The notes below the pieces were generated by a model. The model saw only the letters and a program-made list of their open reading frames with translations. It searched no databases and was not told where the DNA came from. From contig JBBDYP010000080.1 of NCBI GenBank assembly GCA_040900615.1, positions 20,090-84,089 on the forward strand: a DNA stretch of 64,000 bases. The letters run 5' to 3'. Below, one piece after another: positions 8,023 through 16,216 of this stretch. This DNA is from Solirubrobacterales bacterium (lineage in GTDB: Bacteria; Actinomycetota; Thermoleophilia; Solirubrobacterales; 70-9). Within the stretch, counting starts at the first letter, position 1. Each line of letters opens with the position of its first letter. Made by a program: the position numbers and the translations under genes.

Positions 8023-9390
8023 ATGCCGGCCTCGATCCCAGCGATTGCGCGCAGTCGCCTCCCCGAGCTCCTCGCCCGCGAGGAAACCCTGTTCGCCGAG
8101 CGTCACCCGCGCTCGCGCGAGCTCTTCGAGCAGGGGTCCGCGGCGCTCCTTGCCGGGGTCCCGATGAGCTGGATGTCGCGCTGGGCCGGCCCGCACCCCG
8201 TCTACCTCGACCGCGCCGAGGGGGCCGAGGTCCTCGACGTCGACGGCAACGCCTACGCGGACCTCTGCCTCGGCGATACCGGGGCGATGGCCGGCCACGC
8301 CCCGGCGCCGGTTCTGGAGGCCGTGCGCGAGCGCTACGCGAGCGGGGCCACGGCGATGCTGCCGACTGCGGACGCGGGCTGGGTCGCAGAGGAGCTGAGC
8401 CGCCGCTTCGGGACGCTGCGCTGGCAGTTCACCCTCACCGCCACCGACGCCAACCGCTTCGCGATCCGCGTCGCCCGCCATCTCACCGGGCGGCCGAAGG
8501 TCCTGGTCTTCAACTACTGCTACCACGGCACCGTCGACGAGAGCTTCGCGACGCTGCGCGGCGGCGAGGTCGTCGCCCGCGAGGGCAACGTCGGGCCGCC
8601 CGTCCCGCTGGCGGAGACGACGCGAGTGGTCGAGTTCAACGACCTGGCGGGCCTCGAGCGCGAGCTGGCGGTGGGCGACGTCGCCTGCGTCCTGACCGAG
8701 CCGGCGCTAACCAACATCGGCATCGTCCTGCCAGACGAGGGCTTCCACGACGGCCTGCGCGAGCTGACCGCCGCCGCCGGGACGCTGCTCGCGATCGACG
8801 AGACCCACACGCTCAGCGCCGGCCCCGGCGGTTGCACGCGCCGCTGGGGCCTGCGGCCCGACATGGTCACGCTCGGCAAGGCGATCGCCGGCGGCGTCCC
8901 GGCCGGCGCCCTCGGGATGAGGCCGGAGCTTGGGGCGCGCCTGCTCGGCGCACCCGACGCCGACGTCGAGGACACCGGCGGCGTCGGCGGCACCCTCGCC
9001 GGCAACGCCCTCTCCCTCGCCGCGGCCCGGGCCACGCTGGCCGAGGTGCTCGACGACTCCGCCTGGGAGCGCACCGAGCCGCTGGCCGCCCGCCTCGTCG
9101 CCGCGGTCGAGGAGGCGCTGCGTCGCCACGGGGTCGGCTGGCACATCGTCCAGCTCGGCTGCCGGGCCGAGTACCGGTTCTCGCCCGAGCCGCCTCGCAA
9201 CGGCGGCGAGGCCGCGGCGCTCGGCGACCCCGAGCTGGAGCGCTACCTGCACCTCTACGCGCTCAACCGCGGCGTCTTGATCGCGCCCTTCCACAACATG
9301 GCGCTGATCTGCCCGGCGACGCGGGCGGAGCACGTCGACCGCCACACCGAAGCGTTCGACGGCGCCTTGCGCGAGCTGCTCTCAGCCTGA
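8023..9390 (+). CDS. class III (PLP-dependent) aminotransferase, glutamate-1-semialdehyde aminomutase-like
   Basis: DLCLGDTGAMAGH, NYCYHGTVDE, IDETHT and TLGKAIAGG (PLP lysine context) are present. The ATG at 8023 lies within ORF 7747..9390. Confidence 0.8.
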   Translation: MPASIPAIARSRLPELLAREETLFAERHPRSRELFEQGSAALLAGVPMSWMSRWAGPHPVYLDRAEGAEVLDVDGNAYADLCLGDTGAMAGHAPAPVLEAVRERYASGATAMLPTADAGWVAEELSRRFGTLRWQFTLTATDANRFAIRVARHLTGRPKVLVFNYCYHGTVDESFATLRGGEVVAREGNVGPPVPLAETTRVVEFNDLAGLERELAVGDVACVLTEPALTNIGIVLPDEGFHDGLRELTAAAGTLLAIDETHTLSAGPGGCTRRWGLRPDMVTLGKAIAGGVPAGALGMRPELGARLLGAPDADVEDTGGVGGTLAGNALSLAAARATLAEVLDDSAWERTEPLAARLVAAVEEALRRHGVGWHIVQLGCRAEYRFSPEPPRNGGEAAALGDPELERYLHLYALNRGVLIAPFHNMALICPATRAEHVDRHTEAFDGALRELLSA

Positions 9391-9407
9391 GCGCGGAGCG
9401 GCCGCGG

Positions 9408-10145
9408 TCAGCCCCCGGTCGCCGAGAAGTGCTGGAAGTCCTTCGGCCAGGTCCAGTCGCCGCCCCACTCCCAGCCGGCATCGGCGAACGCCTCCACGAC
9501 CGGGCCCTCCCGGTGGATCAGCCCGGGGACCCGGCGGGAGCGGTCGGCGAAGCGGGCGCCGGCCGGCGGCGAGACGTAGCCATCGCCGCTCGCGTAGGGG
9601 TTCTCGATCGGGTTGACGTCGATCGCCCGGCCGTAGGCGTGCTCGGACCAGCGGTCGGTGCCGGAGACGAAGCGGCAGTTGAAGGCGGAGGTGTTGTCGG
9701 CGTCCATGCTGTGGTGGTCGTCGGCGCCGTAGGCGTCGACGAGGCGCATCCGCCGGATCGGGAAACGCAGCCGGTAGAGCTTGCGCATGACGCCGAGCAT
9801 CTCCTGGGCGGAATCGCGGTTGACGACCAACCGGCCGCGATGGACATCGCCGTCGAATCCCCAGTGGCTGACGCTGAGCAGGCGCAGCTCGTCGAGGCCG
9901 ACCGGGCAGCCGCGGTGCCAGGAGACGCCGGTCATCCGCTGCCTCGTCTCGGGATCGATCGGCGCCGCGTGGCCGCGGAAGTGCGGGGAGGTGTCGGCCC
10001 GCGGGGCGGCTTCGGTCGGTGGGGAGGTAGCCGCTCGCGGCGCGCTCGGCACCGAGCTGCCGAGCAGCGTCAGGGCGGCGATGCCGAGCGCGAGCAGGCT
10101 CACCTGGCGGCGCCCGCTATTTCGCCTGCGTGACCGCAAACGCAA
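9408..10145 (-). CDS. secreted M15-family metallopeptidase (VanY/D-Ala-D-Ala carboxypeptidase-like)
   Basis: Arg-rich n-region plus hydrophobic signal peptide. SEHAYGRAIDVNP and WEWGGDW..DFQHF are typical of M15 peptidases. The start is TTG at 10145. Confidence 0.8.
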   Translation of the reverse strand: MRLRSRRRNSGRRQVSLLALGIAALTLLGSSVPSAPRAATSPPTEAAPRADTSPHFRGHAAPIDPETRQRMTGVSWHRGCPVGLDELRLLSVSHWGFDGDVHRGRLVVNRDSAQEMLGVMRKLYRLRFPIRRMRLVDAYGADDHHSMDADNTSAFNCRFVSGTDRWSEHAYGRAIDVNPIENPYASGDGYVSPPAGARFADRSRRVPGLIHREGPVVEAFADAGWEWGGDWTWPKDFQHFSATGG

Positions 10146-10782
10146 CCGAGACCGTGGACGCCGGGGTGCAGTCGGGATCCCCGAAGACTTTGGCGGAGAT
10201 GGTCTGGGTGACGCCGGGGCTGGTCAGGCCGATCGGGGCGGTCGCGCCGGTAACCGGCAAGAGGCCGGTCGGGAACTCCGGGGTCGGGGCGAAGGCGACG
10301 ACGAGAAGGGCGCCTTCGGCCACGTCCCACTGGCTGCCGTTGACGAAGGGGACGACCCTGGCCGCGCATGCTTCTTCGCCGACGCGGCCGAGGTTTTCGC
10401 CCTTGGCTTCGACGCTGAGGAAGTCGACTGCTTCGGCGGTCGGGGTGAAGCTGGTGGTGCCGGTGAGGGTGACGGTCACCGGAGCGGAGCCGGACGCCGG
10501 GACCGGCCCGCCGCTGGCCCTGGCGATCACGTTGGCGCCCGTCGCGAGTTTGGCGAAGGTGACCGCGCCATCCTTGATCTTCGCCGTGGTCACGGCTTTG
10601 GCCCGGATTTTCGCCGTGGTCACCGCGTTGCGCTTGATCTTGCCGGCGCTGACCGAGTTCGCCTTCAGCTTCTTGGCGCCGATCTTCCCCGACGCCCAGA
10701 CGACCCCGCCGCTGAGGGCCAGGAACAGGGCCAGCGTCGCGATCACGTTGGCGTAGGTCAGTCGCCGCCTCACCGCTTCCAT
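10117..10782 (-). CDS. membrane-anchored hypothetical protein with 4 x 10-aa tandem repeats
   Basis: The ATG at 10782 is preceded by AAGGAGG. N-terminal TM segment VIATLALFLALSGGVVW. Repeats are NSVSAGKIKR/NAVTTAKIRA/KAVTTAKIKD/GAVTFAKLAT. Confidence 0.55.
   Translation of the reverse strand: MEAVRRRLTYANVIATLALFLALSGGVVWASGKIGAKKLKANSVSAGKIKRNAVTTAKIRAKAVTTAKIKDGAVTFAKLATGANVIARASGGPVPASGSAPVTVTLTGTTSFTPTAEAVDFLSVEAKGENLGRVGEEACAARVVPFVNGSQWDVAEGALLVVAFAPTPEFPTGLLPVTGATAPIGLTSPGVTQTISAKVFGDPDCTPASTVSVAFAVTQAK
10543..10674 (-). repeat. 30-nt (10-aa) tandem coding repeat, about 4 copies
   Basis: tcgccgtggtcac recurs at 10581 and 10611, with a degenerate copy near 10641. The repeats are periodic in the translation. 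Confidence 0.6.
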
Positions 10783-10891
10783 GCGTGCCTCCTTGGCTGC
10801 GTTCGCTCGAAGCCTCTTCAGCCAAAATAGCGGCGCCACGACCAGAATGTGGACATTCGGCTGTCCTGCGGCGCTGATAGGAGCTTCTGTA

Positions 10892-11296
10892 ATGCGGATG
10901 CCTCGACTCGACCGGCGGGAGCTGGCGGCTATCTACGCCGGTGGGGTGGTCGGGGCGCTGGCCCGGGTCGGGCTGGCTGAGGCGGCGCCGCACGGAGCCG
11001 CCGCCTGGCCCTGGGCGACCTTCGCCGCCAACATGGCCGGGGCGCTGCTGCTCGGCTACTTCGTCACCCGGCTGCAGGAGCGCCTGCCGCCGTCGAGCTA
11101 CCGGCGGCCGTTCCTCGGCACCGGGCTGTGCGGGGCGCTGACCACCTTCTCGACCCTGCAGCTGGAGCTGTTCGACATGCTCGAGGCTGGGCGGCTGGGG
11201 CTGTCGGCGGCCTACGTCGCGGCGACGCTGGCCGGCGGCTTCGCCTGCGTCCACCTGGCGACGGCGGCGGTGCGGCGCACGAGGACGGCCCGGTGA
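10892..11296 (+). CDS. crcB: fluoride ion channel CrcB/FluC, subunit 1
   Basis: LGTGLCGALTTFSTLQLE is the hallmark CrcB motif. The protein is small with 4 TM segments. The ATG at 10892 has the RBS-like sequence TAGGAGC upstream. Confidence 0.85.
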   Translation: MRMPRLDRRELAAIYAGGVVGALARVGLAEAAPHGAAAWPWATFAANMAGALLLGYFVTRLQERLPPSSYRRPFLGTGLCGALTTFSTLQLELFDMLEAGRLGLSAAYVAATLAGGFACVHLATAAVRRTRTAR

Positions 11297-11658
11297 GCGC
11301 CGCCGCCTGGATCGCGGTGGCGCTGCTCGGCGGGGTCGCGGCGCTGGCCCGCTTCGTGCTCGACGCGGCGATCTCCGAGCGGTTCGCCGGCCCGTTCCCG
11401 GCCGGGACGCTGGCCGTCAACCTCAGCGGCGCCGCCCTCCTCGGCCTGCTCGCCGGCGCCGCCCTGCACGGCACCGCGCTGACCGTCGTCGCCGGCGGCG
11501 GCCTCGGCTCCTACACCACCTTCTCGACCTGGATGTTCGAGTCCCACCGGCTCGGCGAGGTCGGCGACGCGCGGGCGCTCTGGCTCAACATCGTCCTCTC
11601 ACTGCTCGCCGGGCTGGCGGCGGTGGCGCTCGGCCACTGGCTCGGAGGCCTGCTGTGA
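11293..11658 (+). CDS. crcB: fluoride ion channel CrcB/FluC, subunit 2
   Basis: The GTG at 11293 overlaps the stop of the first crcB (GTGA). GLGSYTTFSTWMFE motif is present. Confidence 0.85.
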   Translation: MSAAAWIAVALLGGVAALARFVLDAAISERFAGPFPAGTLAVNLSGAALLGLLAGAALHGTALTVVAGGGLGSYTTFSTWMFESHRLGEVGDARALWLNIVLSLLAGLAAVALGHWLGGLL

Positions 11659-12719
11659 CGGCTGCGGCGGGGGGCGACGCCCTCAAGCTCGTCTTCTACT
11701 TCGGCGAGCACGACCGCCACCGCGGCCGCTTCCTCTCGGAGGCCGTCCTCGACCGCTTCGAGCGCCACCGGCTCGCGGCCGGCGTGCTGCTGCGGGGTGT
11801 CGAGGGCTTCGGCGCGCACCAGCGCCTCCAGACCGACCGCCTGCTCTCGCTCTCGGAGGACCTGCCGCTCGTCGCCACCGCGGTCGACCGCCCGGAGAGG
11901 ATCGAGGCCGTCGCCGCCGAGCTGGCCGGGCTCGCCGGCAAGGGCCTGCTGACCCTGGAGCGTGCGCGGCTCGCGGGAAGCGATCGCCGTCCCGAGGACG
12001 AACCCCACGGCGAGGTGAAGCTGACGGTCTATCTGGGACGGGGCGCTCGGCGCGGAGGCATGCCCGCCCACGTCAGCGTCGTCGCGGCCCTGCACCGCCA
12101 CGGCGTCGCCGGGGCGACGGCGCTGATCGGCGTCGACGGCGCCGCCGCGGGGCGCCGGCTCCGCGCCCGCTTCCTCTCCGCCAACAGCTGGGTGCCGGCG
12201 CTGGTCGTCGCGGTCGGCCGGCGCGAGCGGATCGCCGCCGCGCTTCGCGAGCTGGAGAGCGAAGGCGACCCAGCCCTGGCGACCCTCGAGGCGGTGCGGG
12301 TCTGCCGCCGCGACGGCACCGCGTTGGCGCTCCCACCCGACCCGCCTCCAGCGTTCCGTGGTTCCTCATCGACCGATGTGGTGCAAGAGGAACCACGGAC
12401 CGGACCCTGGACCAAGCTCAGCGTCTACTGCTCGGAGCGCTCCGAGCACGAGGGGCACCCGCTGTACCTGGAGCTGATCCGCCGCCTCCGGGCCGAGGGA
12501 GCGGCGGGCGCCACCGCGCTTCGCGGCGTCTGGGGCTACCACGGCGACCATGCCCCCCACGGCGACCGCCTGATGGCACTGCGCCGCCACGTCCCCGTCC
12601 TCACCACGCTGATCGACACTCCCTCGCGAAGCGAGCGCTGGTTCGAGATCGCCTCCGAGCTGACCGCGGAGACCGGTCTGCTGACCGCGGAGTCCGTTCC
12701 CCGGATCTTTACTTTGTAA
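11655..12719 (+). CDS. protein made of three tandem DUF190 (COG1993, PII-like) domains
   Basis: The GTG start overlaps the crcB2 stop. Three internally similar ~100-aa units begin KLVFYFGEHD, KLTVYLGRGA and KLSVYCSERS. Each contains a G(A/V)AGATAL/GVLLRGVxGxG-type segment. Confidence 0.7.
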   Translation: MTAAAGGDALKLVFYFGEHDRHRGRFLSEAVLDRFERHRLAAGVLLRGVEGFGAHQRLQTDRLLSLSEDLPLVATAVDRPERIEAVAAELAGLAGKGLLTLERARLAGSDRRPEDEPHGEVKLTVYLGRGARRGGMPAHVSVVAALHRHGVAGATALIGVDGAAAGRRLRARFLSANSWVPALVVAVGRRERIAAALRELESEGDPALATLEAVRVCRRDGTALALPPDPPPAFRGSSSTDVVQEEPRTGPWTKLSVYCSERSEHEGHPLYLELIRRLRAEGAAGATALRGVWGYHGDHAPHGDRLMALRRHVPVLTTLIDTPSRSERWFEIASELTAETGLLTAESVPRIFTL

Positions 12720-12781
12720 TCACTCCAAATTGGATAGGCTGGCCATGTGACCCGAACTGCATCAAGTTCCCCACCTGGCAG

Positions 12782-13261
12782 ATGGAGAGGTTGATGCAGT
12801 TCGCGCTCGCCAGTAGGGAGCAGATCGCCGAGCAGCTGCGCCGCCGCGGGCTGCGCGCGACCGGGCCGCGGGTCTCCGTCTACGCCGCGGTCGAGAGCCT
12901 TCCCGGCCACCCCGACGTGCAGGAGATCCTCGCCCGGGTCCACGAAAGCGGCGACCCCGTCTCCACCCAGGCGGTCTACGACTGCCTCGCGACCCTCGCC
13001 TCCGCCGGCCTGCTGCGGCGGATCGAGCCGGCCGGCAGCCCGGCTCGCTACGAGACCCGCGTCGGCGACAACCACCACCACATCGTCTGCCGGGCTTGCG
13101 GCGCGACCCGGGACGTCGACTGCGTCGCCGGCGCCGCGCCTTGCCTCGAGCCCGGCAGCGCCGGCGGCTTCGCCGTCGACGAGGCCGAGGTGACCTTCTG
13201 GGGCCTGTGCCCCGAGTGCCAGGCGGCAGCGACCCCGGCCGCCGCCAGTACCCAAGCCTGA
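12782..13261 (+). CDS. Fur-family transcriptional regulator (PerR/CatR-like)
   Basis: HHHIVCRACG ... CPEC metal-binding motifs and a winged-helix N-terminus. It lies immediately upstream of the catalase gene. Confidence 0.85.
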   Translation: MERLMQFALASREQIAEQLRRRGLRATGPRVSVYAAVESLPGHPDVQEILARVHESGDPVSTQAVYDCLATLASAGLLRRIEPAGSPARYETRVGDNHHHIVCRACGATRDVDCVAGAAPCLEPGSAGGFAVDEAEVTFWGLCPECQAAATPAAASTQA

Positions 13262-13300
13262 GATACAGAAAGCCAGATAACCGTAGGAGGACCAAAGAGC

Positions 13301-14806
13301 ATGAGCGACGAGAAGAAGCGACCCAGGACCACCACCGACTCCGGCGTCCCGCTGGCGAGCGACGAGCGCTCGCTGACCGTCGGCGAGCAGGGCCCGATCG
13401 TCCTCCACGACCACGCCACCGTGGCGAAGATGCAGCACTTCAACCGCGAGCGGGTCCCCGAGCGCGTCGTCCACGCCAAGGGCAGCGGTGCCCACGGCTT
13501 CTTCGAGGTGACCGAGGACGTCTCCCAGTTCACCAAGGCGGGCCTCTTCCAGCCCGGGGCGCGGACGCCGATGTTCGCTCGCTTCTCGACCGTCGCCGGC
13601 GAGCAGGGCTCCCCCGACACCGCCCGCGACCCGCGCGGCTTCGCGCTCAAGTTCTACACCGAGGAAGGCAACTACGACCTGGTCGGCAACAACACCCCGG
13701 TCTTCTTCATCCGCGACGCCTCCAAGTTCTCCGACTTCATCCACTCCCAGAAGCGGCTGCCCGACACCGGCATGCGCTCCAACGACATGCAGTGGGACTT
13801 CTGGACCCTCTCGCCGGAGAGCGCCCACCAGGTGACGATCCTGATGACCGACCGCGGCACCCCGCGCACCCTGCGCCACATGAACGGGTACGGCAGCCAC
13901 ACCTACTCCTGGATCAACGCCTCTGGGGAGAAGTTCTGGATCAAGTACCACTTCAAGACGGCTCAGGGGATCGAGAGCTACACCGAAGCGGAGGCGGTCC
14001 AGATGGCGTCGGAGGACCCCGACGCCCACCGCCGCGACCTGCGCGCCGCGATCGACGGGGGCAACGCTCCCGAATGGCGGCTGGAGATCCAGGTGATGCC
14101 GTTCGAGGAGGCGGCCGACTACCGCTTCAACCCGTTCGACCTGACCAAGATCTGGCCGCACGGGGACTACCCGCCGATCCAGGTAGGCCGGATGGTGCTC
14201 GACCGCAACCCGGAGCACTTCTTCGCCGAGGTCGAGCAGGCGGGCTTCTCGCCGTCGAACTTGGTGCCGGGGATCGGGCTCAGCCCCGACAAGATGCTGA
14301 TGGGCCGCATCTTCTCCTACCACGACACCCACCTGCACCGGATCGGCACCAACTACGAGCAGCTGCCGATCAACTCGCCCAAGGTCGAGGTCCACTCCTA
14401 CAACCAGGACGGCCCGATGACCTACCACCACTCAGGCGACCAGCCGCCCTACGCGCCGAACTCCTACGGCGGCCCGGTCGCCGACGCGGAGAGCGGCGCC
14501 GACCTGACCTGGTCGGTCGAGGCGGCCGAGATCGGCCGCTACGCCAACACCAAGCACGCCGAGGACGACGACTTCGGCCAGGCCGGGACCCTCTACCGCG
14601 AGGTGATGGACGACGCCGACCGCGATCACCTGGTCGAAAACATCGTCGGCCACGCCAGCGCCGAGGTCAGCGCCGAGGTCCAGGACCGCGTCGTCGCCTA
14701 CTGGACCCAGGTCGACGCCGAGCTTGGGTCGCGCGTGGGCAGCGGCCTGCTGGGCAGCGACGGCGGCGCCACTCCGCCGAAGGTCGAGGTTCCCAGCAAC
14801 GTCTGA
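13301..14806 (+). CDS. katA: monofunctional heme catalase
   Basis: [32 protein letters not shown] and [12 protein letters not shown] signatures. The RBS AGGAGGA lies upstream. Confidence 0.95.
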   Translation: MSDEKKRPRTTTDSGVPLASDERSLTVGEQGPIVLHDHATVAKMQHFNRERVPERVVHAKGSGAHGFFEVTEDVSQFTKAGLFQPGARTPMFARFSTVAGEQGSPDTARDPRGFALKFYTEEGNYDLVGNNTPVFFIRDASKFSDFIHSQKRLPDTGMRSNDMQWDFWTLSPESAHQVTILMTDRGTPRTLRHMNGYGSHTYSWINASGEKFWIKYHFKTAQGIESYTEAEAVQMASEDPDAHRRDLRAAIDGGNAPEWRLEIQVMPFEEAADYRFNPFDLTKIWPHGDYPPIQVGRMVLDRNPEHFFAEVEQAGFSPSNLVPGIGLSPDKMLMGRIFSYHDTHLHRIGTNYEQLPINSPKVEVHSYNQDGPMTYHHSGDQPPYAPNSYGGPVADAESGADLTWSVEAAEIGRYANTKHAEDDDFGQAGTLYREVMDDADRDHLVENIVGHASAEVSAEVQDRVVAYWTQVDAELGSRVGSGLLGSDGGATPPKVEVPSNV

Positions 14807-14831
14807 GGCCGTCTCTAATTTGGGTCGGGAT

Positions 14832-15824
14832 ATGCCAGAGCAGACGGCTATCCCGACCCCGATCGAACGGGTCGCCCTGCGCGATCTCGAGGACGGCCAG
14901 CGGGTGCGCGGGGTCTACGCGGTTCGCGAGCGCGAGCTGCGCCGCAAGCGCAACGGCGAGCCCTGGCTGCGACTCTCGGTCGGCGACGCCAGCGGCACGG
15001 CGGAGGCGGTCTCCTGGGAGGACGCGGAGGCCCGCTACGCGGCCGCCGCTCCGGGCAGTCCCGTCCTCGTCACCGGCGTCTTCGAGAACAGCGAACGCTG
15101 GGGCGCCAAGATCAAGGTCGCCGAGCTGCGCGAGGCCGAGCCGCACGAGTACACGACCGAGGACCTCGCCGCCGAGTCCCAGGTCTCCCTGGAGCTGCTC
15201 GAGCGCGACCTGCGGGCGCTGCTCGCCACGGTCCAGGACCCGCAGCTGCGGGTCCTGCTCGACCTCTTCTTCGGCGAGGACTCGCCCACATGGGCCCGCT
15301 TCCGCGACGCCCCGGCGGCGAAGGTCTACCACCAGGCCTACCGCCACGGGCTGCTCGAGCACACCCTCTCCGTCGCCCAGGCGGTCTCCGCCGCCGCCAA
15401 CTTCTTCCCCGGCATCGACCGCGACGTCGCCGTCACCGGCGCCCTCCTGCACGACATCGGCAAGACCGTCGCCTACAACGACGACCCGCTGGCGATCGAC
15501 CTCACCGACGCCGGCCGCCTCCAGGGCGAGATCCCGCTCGGCTACTACACGGTGCGCCGGGCGATCGAGGAGATCCCCGGCTTCGACCCCTCGCTCGGCC
15601 AGGCCGTCCTCCACATCATCCTCAGCCACCATGGCTCGCTCGAGCACGGCTCCCCGGTCGTGCCCGCCACCCGCGAGGCGGTCCTGGTCCACATGATCGA
15701 CAACCTCGGCGGCCGCCTCGGCAGCTTCGACCGCCTCGAGCGCCAGCTCCCCGCCGGCGAGTCCTGGTCGGGCTTCGATCGGGCGCTCTCCGGCTCGGCC
15801 TATTTCGGCGCCCGCGCCGCCTGA
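14832..15824 (+). CDS. OB-fold plus HD-domain 3'-5' exoribonuclease, YhaM family
   Basis: The N-terminal OB-like region is followed by HGLLEHTLSV, LLHDIGK and ILSHHGSLEHGSPV (HD domain). Confidence 0.7.
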   Translation: MPEQTAIPTPIERVALRDLEDGQRVRGVYAVRERELRRKRNGEPWLRLSVGDASGTAEAVSWEDAEARYAAAAPGSPVLVTGVFENSERWGAKIKVAELREAEPHEYTTEDLAAESQVSLELLERDLRALLATVQDPQLRVLLDLFFGEDSPTWARFRDAPAAKVYHQAYRHGLLEHTLSVAQAVSAAANFFPGIDRDVAVTGALLHDIGKTVAYNDDPLAIDLTDAGRLQGEIPLGYYTVRRAIEEIPGFDPSLGQAVLHIILSHHGSLEHGSPVVPATREAVLVHMIDNLGGRLGSFDRLERQLPAGESWSGFDRALSGSAYFGARAA

Positions 15825-15839
15825 AGCTCTGAGGATCCC

Positions 15840-16187
15840 TCAGTACTTGCGCGTGCACCGCTGAATGCGGTTCACGTTCTGATTCGCCCGCTTGATGCAG
15901 CGGACCAGCTTCTTCGGGTGGCCGTCTTTCTGCGCCGTGTGGAAGGAGCGGCGGATCTCGCGCTGGACCTGCTTGTTGACTTCTTCGATCGTGCCGCTGA
16001 TGTCGTCCAGCCCGTTGCCGCCGAACGATTTTTCGAAGCTGCTGTTGGTGGTCTTGATCGCGTCGCTCGTCGTCTTCAGGACGGGCTTGACGATGAAGAA
16101 GTAGGCCGCCGCGAGGATCCCGACCGTCACCAATAGCCGGATGATCCCGGAAGTCAGGCTCCCGAACAGGTTGCGCAGGATGTCCAT
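15840..16187 (-). CDS. small N-terminally anchored hypothetical membrane protein
   Basis: ATG start, one TM segment (IIRLLVTVGILAAAYFFIV) and ordinary amino-acid composition. GC is lower than in neighbouring genes. Confidence 0.5.
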   Translation of the reverse strand: MDILRNLFGSLTSGIIRLLVTVGILAAAYFFIVKPVLKTTSDAIKTTNSSFEKSFGGNGLDDISGTIEEVNKQVQREIRRSFHTAQKDGHPKKLVRCIKRANQNVNRIQRCTRKY

Positions 16188-16216
16188 GGCGTTCGTCGCA
16201 GACTATCCTGCCCAAC

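Noticed and set aside
7914-10133. 739-aa Arg/Pro/Gly-rich ORF
   Set aside because: It is an off-frame shadow of the aminotransferase gene and the antisense of the M15 peptidase gene. Its composition is typical of wrong-frame reads in GC-rich DNA, with no motifs.
10783-10891. Fluoride (crcB-motif) riboswitch expected upstream of the crcB pair
   Set aside because: I could not find the conserved GGCGATGG..TCGCC / AACCGCC / CTGATGA..CCTAC elements. Only a weak CTGATAGGAGC resemblance overlapping the RBS and a GGACA..TGTCC hairpin are present. This needs cmsearch with Rfam RF01734 before any call.
13096-15696. 866-aa ORF overlapping the catalase and the YhaM-like genes
   Set aside because: It is in the wrong frame relative to two genes with unmistakable motifs, and its translation is Arg/Pro-rich low complexity. 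The same applies to the antisense ORF 12536..14431.
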